Below, piece by piece: positions 63,307-64,000 of a stretch of DNA of 64,000 nucleotides; position 1 is the stretch's first letter; each line of letters starts with the position of its first letter. Origin of the DNA: Convolutriloba macropyga. Lineage: Eukaryota. The stretch is taken from contig NC_134469.1 in assembly GCF_964194025.1 (NCBI RefSeq), forward strand, positions 66,960,001-67,024,000, written 5' to 3'. The position numbers were made by a program, and so were the translations under genes. Under the pieces are notes generated by a model, which did no database searches, was not told where the DNA came from, and was given only the letters and a program-made list of their open reading frames with translations.

Positions 63307-63629
63307 GTGAGTAATTATGACTATAATGGCTCCTGCCTTCTGAGATTTTTTTTTGTAAAACTACAAACTTAAATTTGGGTCCTTTTTTACGAGAACTTAC
63401 TGAGAATAGACGTGGGAAGACAAACAACATGACGATAATGCAGTAAGCATACTTGAAAGAAACAGCAATAGCTTGTCATAATAGATAATTATCGATAGCG
63501 ACATCGTAAAGTATCGATTACGACAATATTTTACTACATTCGATTATCATAATAAACGAAAGTATATAAGCAAAGCCTAGAATCAACTGCAATTGCCTTA
63601 CATTAAAATGATCCGATTTTTTTTATCCG

Positions 63630-64000
63630 ATTCGAGAGCAATTCTTCTGACATTAGTCGGTTTATGTTTCTAATTGCCCTCTAACGAAATTAGCGCTTAT
63701 ACTAGCCATGCGGTCTTTTTAATAGCCGCCAAGCGATAGCTGAGGTTATTATTGGCCTTTTCTTGGTTTTTACGACTCGAAGAGGAGTATTGGCTTTCTT
63801 AAGGTTTTTTTTTACCGGAAGTACTATTTGTTCAGGCAGTGTTTTGACCTAATGGTGGAAGTGAGTAAAATTGCCGAGGGAACCAGAGAAATTTTTTTTG
63901 TTTTTACGCTGCGTTCATTGAATGACTTTTTGACTTTGAAAAGAGTTTTTGAGAGTTTGGTGCATTTAGATGACAGTTTGTAGCCGTGTTTTCGTCCATT
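63630..64000 (+). mobile_element. Cluster of HINE termini: B 3' end, B 5' end, A 5' end, D/E-type 5' end
   Basis: ttcgagagcaatt...gacattagtcggtttatg (63631-63666); taattgccctctaacgaa (63671); aatagccgccaagcgatagc (63721); ttacgactcgaagaggagtattgg (63770). Confidence 0.6.

Overview
AT-rich animal (invertebrate-looking) nuclear DNA with GT-AG introns and the standard code; the species cannot be determined from this window. Four protein-coding genes lie on the + strand: (1) an intronless netrin-1/UNC-6-class gene (701-2536); (2) a 4-exon DCAF15 (14530-20929, 496 aa when spliced); (3) a 4-exon ankyrin-repeat + SOCS-box (ASB-type) gene (25177-38064, 328 aa); and (4) the first two coding exons of a CARD-domain gene (50759-50854, 63015-63306) that runs off the window. 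In gene 4 the segment after the CARD resembles the start of a Clp/torsin-type AAA+ domain. Introns and intergenic DNA are largely built from non-autonomous Helentron-type (HINE/DINE-1-like) elements of at least four terminus families. These are mostly co-oriented and nested inside one another, and one subtype carries a tRNA-like Pol III promoter. Also present: a decayed CR1/L2 LINE (about 39.1-42.3 kb, - strand), several MITEs/hairpins, a possible Helitron helicase relic, and a recent ~4.05 kb tandem duplication inside the CARD gene intron. Gene models and family assignments come from manual splicing and remembered motifs; no database search was run.
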